A DNA stretch of 63,539 bases, filler included, from Barthelona sp. PAP020 (GCA_040182905.1; 3 parts of 3 records of this genome joined end to end with filler, not necessarily neighbours in it), one strand, 5' to 3'; shown: positions 22,065 through 33,625, counted from the first letter of the whole stretch. The notes: generated by a model from the letters alone, not told the origin. Translations and numbers: made by a program.

Positions 22065-23636
22065 ATGGAAACATTAACTTTACATGAAGGCAGTGTTTCA
22101 ATAAAAGTACCAAAGAGAGGTGCATTTTATAATGAACATATGCAGTTTAACAGAGAAATTAGTATGATTGTCATTCAAAATTATATTAATGACAGATTAG
22201 AAGCAGATCCATCTGTTGAACTCAATTTATTAGAAGCTTTATGTGCAACTGGATTGAGAAGTTTTCGTTATTCAAATGAATTACATGGATTGAAATCTAT
22301 TACATTGAATGATTTAGATCCTATCCCTATTTCTATTATTAATGAAACATTAAATAACAGTGATAGTTGTGATGAACCTAAAATTCCAATGAAAACAAAT
22401 AATGAAGATGCAAATTTAGTAATGTTAAACAATAAGGATAAATTTGATATTATTGATATTGATCCATATGGAACGGCTGCTCCGTTTTTTGATGCCGCTG
22501 TTCAAAGTGTAAAAGATAAAGGATTGTTATGTATCACTTCCACTGATTCAAAAGTGATGAAACATAGTCAAATAGAAACCTGTTATAGTCGATATCATGG
22601 AATTGCATCACATCAAAATGATAAACATGAATTTGCTTTGGGAATGTTGTTGCATGCTGTTTCTGAAAGTGCTTCTAGAATTAAAAGGTCAATAAAGGTA
22701 TTGATATCATTGTCAATGGAATATTATGTCCGAGTGTTTGTTCAAGTCTTTGATAATAAGATGCAAGCAAAATTTGCTTGTAATGATTCATCATTTATTT
22801 TCAGATGTGTTGATTGTGAAACGACAGTACCTGTACCTATGATGCATATTATCAAAAAATCAACACAATATAAATTTGTTTCGCCAAAATTATCTTTAAA
22901 TTGTATTGAATGTGAGTGTTGTGGGGGAAACATGAAAATGACGGGTCCTATATATAATAAAGCATATCAAGATTTTGAATTTGTTGAAAGGATGCATCAA
23001 TTTTTATCCAAAAATGAAAATGTGAACTTTTCTGAGCAAGCAACTGAATCTGGTATTATTACAGAAAAAATTAATACAGAAGAAAAGAAAAATGATTTGT
23101 TTGAACCTACAAATTGTATTTTTGTGAAAGATTTGAATATTGTTCGTGGAAAAGTTCTTTTATGTTTAAAAGAGGCTAAAACATTACTAATTGATGAAAA
23201 TGAAATCTGTAGAAATTGTTTATCTCGAGATTTATCTCAAATGACAAAATTTTTGAAAATTTCAAGTCCAAAAAAAATTGATCTAATAAATTTATTGAGC
23301 AGTGCAGGTTTTGTTTCCTCTCGTTTTCATGGTTCAATAAATTATATTAAAACCAATGCCCCTCAAAAGGTTTTATGGCGATGCTTGATCCAATTGAAAC
23401 AAATTGAAAAAATTGAAAATCCAAAAAAGAAATTCCATTTTTTAATCAACAAGATTATTGACGAAATCGAACCCATTGAAATTTGTTCAGATGATGAAAA
23501 AAATATGAAGTTTGAAAAAGTTGAACACAAAGTCACTTTTTTCCCCAAGACTCATGCTGCTCCAATGGCAATGAGCAATATACATTCAAGCTGTGTTCAA
23601 AGTAAAAAAGAACCTTTGAACAATGACAATAAATAA
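22065..23636 (+). CDS. TRM1: tRNA (guanine-26-N2)-dimethyltransferase
   Basis: FYNEHMQFNREIS, LEALCATGLRS.RY, IDIDPYG motifs; CxxC...CxxC zinc site. Confidence 0.93.
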   Translation: METLTLHEGSVSIKVPKRGAFYNEHMQFNREISMIVIQNYINDRLEADPSVELNLLEALCATGLRSFRYSNELHGLKSITLNDLDPIPISIINETLNNSDSCDEPKIPMKTNNEDANLVMLNNKDKFDIIDIDPYGTAAPFFDAAVQSVKDKGLLCITSTDSKVMKHSQIETCYSRYHGIASHQNDKHEFALGMLLHAVSESASRIKRSIKVLISLSMEYYVRVFVQVFDNKMQAKFACNDSSFIFRCVDCETTVPVPMMHIIKKSTQYKFVSPKLSLNCIECECCGGNMKMTGPIYNKAYQDFEFVERMHQFLSKNENVNFSEQATESGIITEKINTEEKKNDLFEPTNCIFVKDLNIVRGKVLLCLKEAKTLLIDENEICRNCLSRDLSQMTKFLKISSPKKIDLINLLSSAGFVSSRFHGSINYIKTNAPQKVLWRCLIQLKQIEKIENPKKKFHFLINKIIDEIEPIEICSDDEKNMKFEKVEHKVTFFPKTHAAPMAMSNIHSSCVQSKKEPLNNDNK

Positions 23637-24077
23637 TTTTTGTTCCTTTTTTCATTATTTTTTAATATTTCTTCTTGGCAAAATATGAAACATTGAATTC
23701 ATAAATTTTTTGTCCTTTAACGATTAGTAAAGTTTTCATCGTCCAAATATTTCTTTAGAATAAGGAAAAGTCAAAAAAAAAAAAAAAAATAACAGAAAAT
23801 AAATATTTAGGTGTGCAAAATTTTCGAATTGGAGCGAATTTCTAATAAACTGTCTTTTTTTTACAAAAGAAAATTGCAACTTTATGAAAATTTTTGAAAG
23901 ACAGGAAAAGAAGAAAAATAAAATAAAATAAAATAAAATAAATTTTTTGATCAGACCTTTTTTCTTGTGTGCATTTTCTGTATTTTAACAAAGAAATAGA
24001 GAAGGAAAAGCAATAGAAAAGAATACTTCTTTTTCTAATTCGTTCTTGGGCAACCCTTTTTGAAAAAGAATTGATTG

Positions 24078-24370
24078 TTATTTCCAAGCCAAGAAGCATT
24101 GTGCGTATGAGTGAATTCAAAGGAATGGTGTCTATTTGGTTAAAGGCTTTCGAGGGCCGATTGATTTGTTGAAAAACTTTAGATTTTGAAAGGAAAAGCT
24201 ATTGCAAAAATTCAAAAAAATGGGAATGGTAAATTTTTCCAAAATTTTTATACTTGATGAGCAATATTCAATTGCAGCTACACCTTTTCTGCGGCTGAGA
24301 TTTGAGGAAATGAGTTTTCTTTGGTTGCTTTTTCTTTGCAAATAAATATAGTTGTTTCACAACTGGACCA
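24078..24370 (+). repeat. F2 interspersed repeat, diverged copy
   Basis: TTATTTCCAAGCCAAGAAGC...AGTTGTTTCACAACTGGACC ends shared with the other F2 copies. Confidence 0.88.
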
Positions 24371-24970
24371 ATTATATCATTCTCTTGAATAATTGATCCT
24401 TGGCCTTTTTTTTTTAATTCCTCAATCTTTTCAAAATATCAAAAAAGATAATGGTTTCAATTTCCTTTTTTTCAAGTTTGATTAATTAATATATCCACAA
24501 TTCCTTTTATACTTTTTAATTCCTCTAACTGTTTCAATTGAAACGCAAAATTGAGAATCAAATTATGCCACTTTGCTTTTTATAAACAATTCTTTCCAAA
24601 AGCTGGAGAAAAATGAACAAAGATGTGGAAATTTAAGTGTTTTCTTTTCGTGATTTATTCTTAATTTTGCCAATTGACAGTTAATTTCCATATTTAAGGT
24701 TTACTCCCTTTTCAAAATTCAAAGGATAATAATTCCATTGATTTCTTCTTTATATAGTAAATTATTGATTTAACAGTTTATTTGAAGCAATATTTATGTC
24801 TAGTGAATTTTTAAAAATCATTTTGAAAAAGAACTCATTTACCATGCTTTAAGAACATTTCCAAGAAATTTTTTTGTAAATAGCTGCTTAAAAGTAAATT
24901 GAAGATTAAGTAAACAACAAAACTTCAAAAAAAAAAGAAAAAAAAATTGTTTTGAATTTTTATTGTATTG

Positions 24971-26428
24971 ATGCCGCCAAAACAACGAAAAAAAGGTGAA
25001 AAGAAGGAGGATAAAGCCAAAATAGCCGAAGAAGCGTTTATGGAAAAGGCAAAAGAATTGTTATTTCAACCAAAAAGTACACAATTTGAAGTTGAAAAAT
25101 TACAAGCCACTTGCCTGGATTATGAAAAACGAATAGCATCATTAAATGAATTGATAAATCGTGAAAGAAAGGTTCAAGCTGAGGTTTCTGAATCCATGTT
25201 AGAACGATTGGAAAACAAAGAAAAAGAAGCATTTAATTTGCGAAAAAAGATTGATAGTATTCATGAACAACAAGAAAAACGAATTGTTTCAGTCAATTTT
25301 GAAAAAGATAAAATTATTCGGGCAAAAGACAAAGAGATTGCAGAAACGAAGGAACAACTGAATGATTTATTAAATGAATTGCACGCTTTAACTGGTTTTC
25401 GTAAGAATCGTGAAGAATATCAACAACATTTACAAGAATTGGTTGACAGCAAACAAGATGTTGAAAAATATTGGAAAGAACGTTATGAACGTTTGAATAC
25501 TGCAACAATTAGACAACAAACTATATTAGAAAAGAAACATGAGAAACGTTTGGAAGAAGCTTTACAAGAAGCTGAATTGAATCGTAGAAATATTAGACAA
25601 GAGAATGAGGATCAATTACGTTTACAAGCGATTGAATCTTTAAGAAAAGAGCGAAATTCTCTTCAAAAAATCAATTCTCAATTGCAAGAACAAAATGAAA
25701 AACTTACTTTAGCCCTGAATCGTCATTCTACAGCAAAATCATTAGACAGTGCTTTAAATAATGAGGCTGTTAAACGTTCTCAACGTCAAGCTGTGCAGAT
25801 TCGTGATTTAGTGAGAAAAGTATCTTCTCTTCAAGTAGAATTGACTGAAAAAGCTAAAACTTATCAAAATACTATAGCTGAACAAAAAAATCGATTCTTA
25901 GGTTTATTGGAGGAACAGTCTTTTGAAATAGAAGCATTAAAAAAGCTTATTATTATGAAAAATGGAAAATTACGAAAGTTAAAAACCTTATCCCGCTATA
26001 TATTGTCTCAAAGAACAGATTTAGAAAATTTCTTGTTGTCCAGTATTGCTTTGGTCACTAAAGAAGTTCAAAATAACAATATAAAAGGTTGGGATTGGGA
26101 AGAACGTGAAAAAGTTTTAAAAGTTTTGTTCAATCGTTTAAAGGATGTTTATCATGAGGAACAAAATGACAATTTAATGGTTCATTCTTCTTTTGGTTCC
26201 AAAACATCTTCTATTCAAGAAGATAAACAAATTGATCATGATAATTTTGGCATTTCAACACCATATATTGATGGCATCACATTAACTGACCTAAATGATG
26301 AAGAATTTGTTGATAATCCAGTGGATGACATTAATGTTCCAAATGGCCTATCAACAATTGTTGCTGATGATGAAAACAGTGTTGGTAATCGATTAAAAGC
26401 TAGTTCTATGTTACCAGATTTGTTATGA
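24971..26428 (+). CDS. BBOF1: Coiled-coil basal body protein, BBOF1/CCDC176-like
   Basis: MPPKQRKK start; LK.LSRYILSQRTDLENFLL and WEEREKVLKVLF motifs typical of the family. Confidence 0.68.
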   Translation: MPPKQRKKGEKKEDKAKIAEEAFMEKAKELLFQPKSTQFEVEKLQATCLDYEKRIASLNELINRERKVQAEVSESMLERLENKEKEAFNLRKKIDSIHEQQEKRIVSVNFEKDKIIRAKDKEIAETKEQLNDLLNELHALTGFRKNREEYQQHLQELVDSKQDVEKYWKERYERLNTATIRQQTILEKKHEKRLEEALQEAELNRRNIRQENEDQLRLQAIESLRKERNSLQKINSQLQEQNEKLTLALNRHSTAKSLDSALNNEAVKRSQRQAVQIRDLVRKVSSLQVELTEKAKTYQNTIAEQKNRFLGLLEEQSFEIEALKKLIIMKNGKLRKLKTLSRYILSQRTDLENFLLSSIALVTKEVQNNNIKGWDWEEREKVLKVLFNRLKDVYHEEQNDNLMVHSSFGSKTSSIQEDKQIDHDNFGISTPYIDGITLTDLNDEEFVDNPVDDINVPNGLSTIVADDENSVGNRLKASSMLPDLL

Positions 26429-26744
26429 TCTTTAAGTTGCTTGTAGTTATATAAATTAGTTCTTGATTGTATACACATATTGTAAAAGAGGAGTTTTTCA
26501 ACTTTTTTTATTAAATTTTTCAGATATTCTACTTTAAGAAGCAACATTGAATTCTTTCAGAATCACTCAAAACTCTATTTGCAATTGAAACAAAACAAAA
26601 AAGCAAAAAAGAAAAAAAAAAGTTTTATCAGACTAATCGAATTTTAAATCAAAAGAAAAAGAGGTGTTTGCCTCTAATCTTTTTAATTTTGTCAACAATA
26701 ATTTTAAAGTTTTCAGAAATTCAGAATTCTCCAAATGATTGTTT

Positions 26745-26844
26745 NNNNNNNNNNNNNNNNNNNNNNNNNNNNNNNNNNNNNNNNNNNNTTAATTAATTAA
26801 NNNNNNNNNNNNNNNNNNNNNNNNNNNNNNNNNNNNNNNNNNNN
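26745..26844. other. Artificial contig-join spacer
   Basis: 44 N + TTAATTAATTAA (stops in all six frames) + 44 N = 100 bp. Confidence 0.92.
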
Positions 26845-27219
26845 TTTTCAACAGATTGTTAGCAAGTGATGAAGAATGGCAAATGCACAATGAATGCCGC
26901 ATTTTGAGGTGTCCTAACTTAAAAACAACAATTGGACAGTGGATTTAAAATTTGAGCATTTGTCCAAATCTGAGTTAATTGAATTGGTGAAGGATAAGGG
27001 CTATTTGTTATCAACACTTGTTGCAATGAAGGTGAAGAGTGTCATCATTTGAGAATTTGTCAGTGCTGGAGTCTACATGAATCAACGAGATTTTGACATT
27101 TCAATCAACTCTTGTTGGGATTTGGTTGACATCAATGAAAGAAATGGGACAATTTGCCGTAGTATATTGATAAAGAGATGGAGAATGATGACAATAATGA
27201 CAGTGATGCAGATAATTAG
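26845..27219 (+). pseudogene. Degenerate fragment paralogous to the C-terminus of the 61205-62917 ARM protein
   Basis: Frame from 26939 reads ELIELVKDKGYLLSTL...II*EFVSAGVYMNQRDFDISINSCWDLVDIN versus ELIKFSKPNGNVLGVL...VIRRLVSKGIFMNQKELSVISDFCWDLVDLN; TGA at 27050 and a frameshift before the acidic tail. Confidence 0.75.
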
Positions 27220-27839
27220 AAAGGTCTATTTGTGAGGTTGTATTTCTATTTCAATACATGGTTTGTTATTAATTAATCTTTTTTCTGCATGAATGATTGT
27301 TTTTTGATATGACAGATTGGGAAAGGCTATTCAATGAGTGACGAAAAGAGAACAAGGAATTTGTATTCACAATCACCAAAAAATGATCATTTTTTGCAAA
27401 CAACTCTTCTGGTTTCATTTGCTTCAAAGTTGTCATCTTTATCTAACAGATAGCAGTATATCATCATATTGCCCAACTTTTCTGACAATTGAAAAAATAT
27501 TTCTTGATTGTTTTCCCAATTTCTCATCATTTGGGCAACTTTCAGTCCTTTTGAATTGATTCAACCCGTTTTCAAGTTTAAAATTTTAGATTTTTTTATT
27601 TTGACAAGTCAATATTGATCATTCCTTGTCTTTAATCTTGACCTTGAATTCTTTGATGACCACATTTTGTTTCGGTCAGACTTTTCCAAATTTTCGAATT
27701 CTGAACATATTCAACAGATCTTCCTGAATATTCTTTATCAGAAAGTTTTCACCTGTTTATACCCAACTTAACTGTTTTATTCAAGAAATAAAAACCTTCA
27801 GAATTTATGAAATAAATTTGAAAAAAAAAATCTGAACTG

Positions 27840-29969
27840 TCAACCCAAAGCTTTATGTTCTCCACTCAAAATGGACATTCCAAAAGAAAATGAAGATTCA
27901 CCATCCCCACTAAGTATTGAATCAGGTGATGAATCTCCATCAAATAAGTCATCAAGAAAATTATGTTTTGAAGTGGCTTTCAATGTTTTGTTTTGTTCAA
28001 TTTTGTTCATTTCATTGATACCATTGCTATTGATACTATTATTGGACCCTAAACTGCCAAAACTTGGTGTATCTGGTAATAATTTACCATTGGTTGTTAA
28101 TCTAATTGACTCTATCTCACTCTGTTCTTCGAAATTACCTTCATTGATCGTTTTGTCTTCTTCAATATCTGAAAACTCAGGTTCTTCATTATCATTCATT
28201 AAAATGGAATCACCAAACGAATCAAAAAGGTGGTCATTACCAGGAATTATGTCTAAATCTTCCTCTTTTACATTTTGAGTGGTCTTCTTATTCATGTACA
28301 CTGGTGGTTTAACATTTTTAATATTCGTTGTCTTGTCATTTGTATCAACAACAGTTTGAGTAAAAATTTTATCGTTATCAGTGAAGTCTAACAAGTCCAT
28401 ATCAAAGCTATCCGAACTGTTTGATTTACTTTCAGTGAAAAGTTCATTTGTAGATTGAATCTGAGTTAATTCTTCCACATCTTTTTGTTTTTCTTCTTTT
28501 TCTTCTTCTTCCTCCACTCTTTCACCACTAATTACATCATCATCAATTTCTTTTTCTTCTTCTTCTTCTTCTTCTTCTTCTTCTTCTTCTTCCTCCGCCG
28601 ACATTTCACCACTAATTACATCATCATCAATTTCTTCTTCTTCTTCTTCGTCTTCTGCTTGTGTTTCCAATTCTATGCCATCAAACTTCTCATTGCCTTT
28701 GTCTGTTTCTCTTGCAATATCTACTTTTACCACTGTTAGGTCTGGCTTTTCACGTTCTACTTTCCTTTTATTTTCATCTTCAAAAAAAATTTCCTTCTCA
28801 TCATCTCTTTCTGCAAACACTTTGTTTTGACCACCAATATGTATTGTTCCAATGTCTTCTAAAGTACTGTTTGTCACAACAGACATCTCCTCAGTTGATT
28901 CATTCTCAATATCTTCAATTCCTTCAATTATGTTATCAATGTGATTATCTTTCAGTTGTGGTGACACAATCTTTTCATTATCAACATCAACTTCATCAAT
29001 ATTATCAATAGCTTGTTCTTTGATGTTTCTGCTAGAATCAACTGTATTTTTTGGAATTACCATGAGCTCTTTGCTTTTAACAGCAATCATAACAGGTTTT
29101 ACACCTTCATTCATATGTATTATTGGAACTTGTATTTCATCACCACCTGTATCTTCTTCTTTTTCTTTTTCTTCATTCTCCTCTCGGTCTTCCTTTTCAC
29201 CAGAACTTTTATTGTCAATATTTTGAGCAATCAAATCAATCACTGAACTATCAATGATGCTAACCGAACCTTTAACAACACCAACAGCCTCATTGTCTGA
29301 ATCAACATATTTTTCTTCGTTTTTCATTGATTCACTCCTCTTTTCGTTATTATTTTCTTCTTCATCAGAAGAAGTCATCAGATCATCAACTTTATAAAGA
29401 CTGTTGTTCAAAAATACAACTTTTTCTTCTTTATCAGATTCAACAAAATCATCACTTTGTTTTTTATTCATTTCATTAAACTTGGGGGTATTTGCATTTG
29501 ATTGTTTATCAGCCATCATACTCTCCTTTTCCATAGTCACATCTCTTTGCATATGGAAACTATCTAAGTTAACCTTCAAGCTCTCTTTCGGCATATAATA
29601 TGATGGATTAAATAAGAATGGACTATTCAATTGTTGAAGTGTCATTAACAGCATGGTTTCCAAATTATTGTTTTTTTCTGTTATATATTTTTCTATTTCA
29701 TCAATATCGTTTTTATTAATAGTTCCATTATAATCATCCAAAGGTCCAAAGGAATGGTGCTTTTTCAAATGTTTCAATAAATATGGTGAATCTTTGAAAT
29801 GTTTATTCGGACATAAAGGACATTTATAACCTTCATCAAACTGTTTTAACTTCTCTTTCAATCTCTTTTTATCAATTCTTAATCTTTCAACATCATTTTG
29901 TAAATCTTCAATTTCTTTTCTCAAATTGGTGATTTCTTCATCATATTCTTCATATCTTTTGTTTTGCAT
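27840..29969 (-). CDS. Coiled-coil plus C2H2 zinc-finger protein with a long acidic disordered tail (possibly DZIP1-like)
   Basis: CPLCPNKHFKDSPYLLKHLKKHH following a coiled coil; E/D-rich remainder. Confidence 0.65.
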   Translation of the reverse strand: MQNKRYEEYDEEITNLRKEIEDLQNDVERLRIDKKRLKEKLKQFDEGYKCPLCPNKHFKDSPYLLKHLKKHHSFGPLDDYNGTINKNDIDEIEKYITEKNNNLETMLLMTLQQLNSPFLFNPSYYMPKESLKVNLDSFHMQRDVTMEKESMMADKQSNANTPKFNEMNKKQSDDFVESDKEEKVVFLNNSLYKVDDLMTSSDEEENNNEKRSESMKNEEKYVDSDNEAVGVVKGSVSIIDSSVIDLIAQNIDNKSSGEKEDREENEEKEKEEDTGGDEIQVPIIHMNEGVKPVMIAVKSKELMVIPKNTVDSSRNIKEQAIDNIDEVDVDNEKIVSPQLKDNHIDNIIEGIEDIENESTEEMSVVTNSTLEDIGTIHIGGQNKVFAERDDEKEIFFEDENKRKVEREKPDLTVVKVDIARETDKGNEKFDGIELETQAEDEEEEEEIDDDVISGEMSAEEEEEEEEEEEEEEKEIDDDVISGERVEEEEEKEEKQKDVEELTQIQSTNELFTESKSNSSDSFDMDLLDFTDNDKIFTQTVVDTNDKTTNIKNVKPPVYMNKKTTQNVKEEDLDIIPGNDHLFDSFGDSILMNDNEEPEFSDIEEDKTINEGNFEEQSEIESIRLTTNGKLLPDTPSFGSLGSNNSINSNGINEMNKIEQNKTLKATSKHNFLDDLFDGDSSPDSILSGDGESSFSFGMSILSGEHKALG
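28490..28655. repeat. Coding (TTC)n microsatellite and 84-bp-period duplication (EEEIDDDVISGE x2)
   Basis: TTCACCACTAATTACATCATCATCAATTTCT at 28521 and 28605; TTC run at about 28554-28592. Confidence 0.85.
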
Positions 29970-30299
29970 GATAAATTTGCATGAGATAATAAAGGTATAT
30001 TAATAAAAAAACAAGATATTTGATTTATCTCTTTTTTTTTCATTGAACTGCCTTTAATTATTATCTATCATTTATTATATTGATAAAAATCAACAAACTT
30101 TAATTTTATTTTTAGTCGCCATTATCAGTAGTATTTTTGTTTTGAGTTAAACAATAAATTTCACCTTTTATACGCTTTGTATATTTATAATAGTGTTTTT
30201 TAAACTTTGATTGTTATTAAATAACAAAATTGTCTTCTTTTAAAAGAAAAAATAAAAAGCACCAAATATTTACATTTTTCCCATAAAACAATAAAAATA

Positions 30300-32615
30300 T
30301 CATATATTGATCGAATTTAACTGTTCTTGTAAAGCCCTCAATTCTTGTATCATTCTTTGTTGATATTTTTCATCTGATAACAATTTTGACTGTTCATCTG
30401 AATTCTTCAATATTATAATGGGTTGATTCTTTCCATACGCTCCTAAAGCAACCATATTTTGGAAAGGGTGATAATCAAGACAACATAATGGATCGGAAAA
30501 ATATGGGGACCAATGTGTTGTTAAAGGTAATTGATCGTCTGCATTCCAGATGAGCAATTTACCATCTTCAGATCCCGCTAATAAACGTTCCCCATCTGGA
30601 GAATATATGACTGGTAAAATAGAGGTTGAACAAAGAGCGCCTGAAAATTTTTGACCAAAGAAATTCCAAGTTGTTTGGTATGGATGAATTAGGTTATCGT
30701 TTGTGTACATTGCTATGTGTTGACCGAATGGTGGCTGAATATCCATTGCCACCAACCGAGCATTTATTTTTTCGTCTGCTATCTCCTTCTTAAAAATGAG
30801 ATATATGAATTTACTGTGATCAAAGTCCATTGCTGAAGTTTTGATCTCAATAGTATACTCCAAAATGCTGCTCTCTTCTAAACCTGCATATATGATGTTT
30901 TTTTCCTTTGAGTATTTCAAAGAAACAATTATCCCTTGTGGTTTAGTTTCAGATGCAAGCATTTGCGAAAAGTTATTTTCTTGAAGATTGATTCCTTGAA
31001 TGTCTTTGGGTATTCGGAAAATTCGAATAATCCCTTCAAAACCAGCAGTAAACAAGTAAATATCAAATTCAATATTTAAAATTAAAATGGAATACACATA
31101 AAATCCATGAGACAACAAAAACATCAAGTTCCAATCTTCAGTTGTGAAAACGTTGACATTCCCATCACTTGTAGCTGTGGCTAAATATAGAGATTTTGGA
31201 GCTTTTTGGTATGTGGTGTAATTTTCATCTTTTAATATATCATTTCTTACATCAGTACAATACCAACAAAGGTCATGAACCAAAGCACTTTGCATAATAT
31301 TTTTTATAAGCTTGAATTTAGGAAGCTCATAGATTAATACTCCCGATTTTTCATTTTCATCAATGTAAGCAGCTGCCAAATACCGACCACAAGGTGAAAA
31401 TCTCAGGATATTGCATCCATTTTTAGTAGCAGGTAAAATAAAAGCAGGTTCTACTGTTAAAATATCACACCAATGAATACAAGAGCTTACAAATCTTCTC
31501 ATTTTCCAAAGTTCAGATTCCCATCCTTCTAGTGGTATTCTACGCTCAATTTCATCTTCTGATTCTTCGTCAGAAAACTGACCTTCTAACTGATGTAAAA
31601 AAATTGGTCTTTGAGGATATTTCACCTTCATCACACTTGGCCTCTTGCAACCACTCATTTTGATTGACATTTTCATCTCTTTAATGGGCTTAAAATCCTT
31701 AACATTGGTTAAGTTCACCAAAGTTGTTCCATTCATTACATTCCAATCAAAATTTAGGGATTTTTTATTCGGATGAAATACACTTAAATCGACACGTTCT
31801 TCAGTATTTGATCTAGTAATGGTATTGTATAACGCAACAGGCTGAAAGAAAGAAAAACAATGCAATATCCAGCCTTGACTAGATATTTTATCTTTAATTG
31901 ATTCGCCACGATAAAATTGAGGAGAACTCGGAGTTAAAACTTCAAAAAGGAAACATATTTCAGGCCTCAACACTGTCTCATATGTAAAGTGAAAAATAAT
32001 TCGGTCAGTAAACAGCAGATTTGCACCATTTTCTTTCGGATCGTATTCATAAACTCTAGTCATCACTGGAGGAACATACTCTCCTTCTCCATCATGATAA
32101 ACAACGTTAGAATCAGGATTTTCCTTTTTTAACAGAGAATTAGTATCTTTGTCCCAAATACTAACTCGGATAGCAAATTTCTTAAAGAGCATCAAATCAA
32201 TTGGTAAATTAAAAACTCCCAAAACAAAAAGTTGAAAAAAAGACGAATTAATTGAAATTGCAGGCATTTGACGTCCAATGAAAAGGTTTGTTCTCTTTTG
32301 AACTTTTATTGGTTCTTTTTCTGTTTTTATAAATCCAAATCTTTCTCTGGTTATTCGAATTATATTATTTAAGACTTTTCTTAAATTTGGATCCATTTCT
32401 TCATTTTCTTCATTTTCAATTTCTTCTTCTGGCATTTCATCATTATTATTATCTTCTGTTTCATTATAATTTTCTTCAACTTCTGTTTTTTCATCAAAAT
32501 TTGTAAAGTCCTCTTCTTCCTCATTTTCCATAAACGTTTCTTGAGTTGTATCCATATCATCATTGTCTTTTGAATCATCAATGATCTCAGAATTGTCACT
32601 ATCTCCTGAATTCAT
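30300..32615 (-). CDS. AHI1: Jouberin/AHI1 (C2-like plus WD40 transition-zone protein)
   Basis: GCNILRFSPCGRYLAAA, HGFYVYS, SPDGERLLAGSEDG and LDYHPFQNMVALGAYGKNQPI motifs; no SH3 domain seen. Confidence 0.82.
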   Translation of the reverse strand: MNSGDSDNSEIIDDSKDNDDMDTTQETFMENEEEEDFTNFDEKTEVEENYNETEDNNNDEMPEEEIENEENEEMDPNLRKVLNNIIRITRERFGFIKTEKEPIKVQKRTNLFIGRQMPAISINSSFFQLFVLGVFNLPIDLMLFKKFAIRVSIWDKDTNSLLKKENPDSNVVYHDGEGEYVPPVMTRVYEYDPKENGANLLFTDRIIFHFTYETVLRPEICFLFEVLTPSSPQFYRGESIKDKISSQGWILHCFSFFQPVALYNTITRSNTEERVDLSVFHPNKKSLNFDWNVMNGTTLVNLTNVKDFKPIKEMKMSIKMSGCKRPSVMKVKYPQRPIFLHQLEGQFSDEESEDEIERRIPLEGWESELWKMRRFVSSCIHWCDILTVEPAFILPATKNGCNILRFSPCGRYLAAAYIDENEKSGVLIYELPKFKLIKNIMQSALVHDLCWYCTDVRNDILKDENYTTYQKAPKSLYLATATSDGNVNVFTTEDWNLMFLLSHGFYVYSILILNIEFDIYLFTAGFEGIIRIFRIPKDIQGINLQENNFSQMLASETKPQGIIVSLKYSKEKNIIYAGLEESSILEYTIEIKTSAMDFDHSKFIYLIFKKEIADEKINARLVAMDIQPPFGQHIAMYTNDNLIHPYQTTWNFFGQKFSGALCSTSILPVIYSPDGERLLAGSEDGKLLIWNADDQLPLTTHWSPYFSDPLCCLDYHPFQNMVALGAYGKNQPIIILKNSDEQSKLLSDEKYQQRMIQELRALQEQLNSINI

Positions 32616-32733
32616 TCAGTTATTTCATTGAATTGAATAAAAAAGTTGTTGCCTTTTTCTCTGTTGCTTGATTTTCATATTTTTACATTGTTTTAGTGCC
32701 ATTGAAAATAAAAAAATAATTACTATTTACATA

Positions 32734-33213
32734 TTATTCTTGAATTATGATTTTTTTGTCATCATTTTGATGAAAAAGTGAAGATATGGTTTTTTCTTCC
32801 AAATTGTATTCACAACTGTTTGAATATGAGAAAAACTTTGTAAAGACTGATTTATTTACACCATACATATTCTCCAATCTGGAAACCGATGATTCCAAAG
32901 CCGATAAATTATCTTCATAGTGCTTTAATATTTCACCTAAACCATCAATTATTTCAAAAGAATCTTTTAATGATTCTTTTAAAGAAAGAAATTCTTCAAC
33001 AATTTCTTGATTTGAAATATTGTTTTGTTTAAGAGTATTAAGTAAAGAAATGGCTTCACAATACATAAGATCAATTCGTGATATTAAATTAGCAATAGGT
33101 TCAATGTGGGAAGATGAACAAGGGGTATTTTCAAAAAAATTAAAAATTTCATTCACATTAAAATGATCTTCCGAATTACTTTTAGTTGTTTCTTGTTCTA
33201 TAAGGTCATTCAT
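32734..33213 (-). CDS. Small hypothetical coiled-coil protein
   Basis: 159-aa ATG ORF filling the space between neighbouring genes. Confidence 0.55.
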   Translation of the reverse strand: MNDLIEQETTKSNSEDHFNVNEIFNFFENTPCSSSHIEPIANLISRIDLMYCEAISLLNTLKQNNISNQEIVEEFLSLKESLKDSFEIIDGLGEILKHYEDNLSALESSVSRLENMYGVNKSVFTKFFSYSNSCEYNLEEKTISSLFHQNDDKKIIIQE

Positions 33214-33295
33214 TCATGTTGAAGGAAGGTAAAAAATTTTTTTCAAAAAATTGGAAAAATTTTCTTCTTCTTTTACACAATTTTATCCCAACAAA

Positions 33296-33625
33296 ATGGC
33301 TCCCAAGGGTTCAAAGAAATATCAACAATCCATCAACTCACGTTTGTCTTTAGTTATGAAGTCTGGTAAGGCTAAACTTGGAATCAAACAAACTTTCAAG
33401 TCTATTCGTACTGGTGAAGCTAAAGTTATTTTACTTGCCGCTAACTGTCCTCCTTTAATGAAATCTCAATTCCATTATTATTCTATGCTTAATCGTATTC
33501 CTGTTGTCAATTTTTCTGGTAACAATATTGAACTTGGTAATGCTTGTGGTAAGCTTTTCCGTTGCGCTGCTCTTGCTGTTACTGATGAAGGTGAATCTAA
33601 GATTATGGAAATGGTTGAAAACTAA
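33296..33625 (+). CDS. RPL30: 60S ribosomal protein L30 (eL30)
   Basis: SINSRLSLVMKSGK, ANCPPL and GNNIELGNACGKLFR motifs. Confidence 0.96.
   Translation: MAPKGSKKYQQSINSRLSLVMKSGKAKLGIKQTFKSIRTGEAKVILLAANCPPLMKSQFHYYSMLNRIPVVNFSGNNIELGNACGKLFRCAALAVTDEGESKIMEMVEN

Noticed and set aside
23842..24341. Short ORFs over repeats (also 45905-46216, 53734-54101, 63249-63461) and antisense ORFs inside genes
   Set aside because: Frames are not conserved between repeat copies; the rest are shadows of real genes
26789..26800. TTAATTAATTAA palindrome (also at 53605-53616) as a biological motif
   Set aside because: Centred in exactly 100-bp N spacers; it is a six-frame-stop assembly linker, so adjacency across it is unproven
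27230..27790. Decayed coding-like sequence (also 46380-46760 and 49300-49860)
   Set aside because: Multiple stops and no recognisable homology, so no product can be supported
24971..32615. Ciliary gene cluster (BBOF1-like, DZIP1-like, AHI1)
   Set aside because: Interrupted by an artificial contig join, the DZIP1 call is weak, and ciliary genes are common in flagellates
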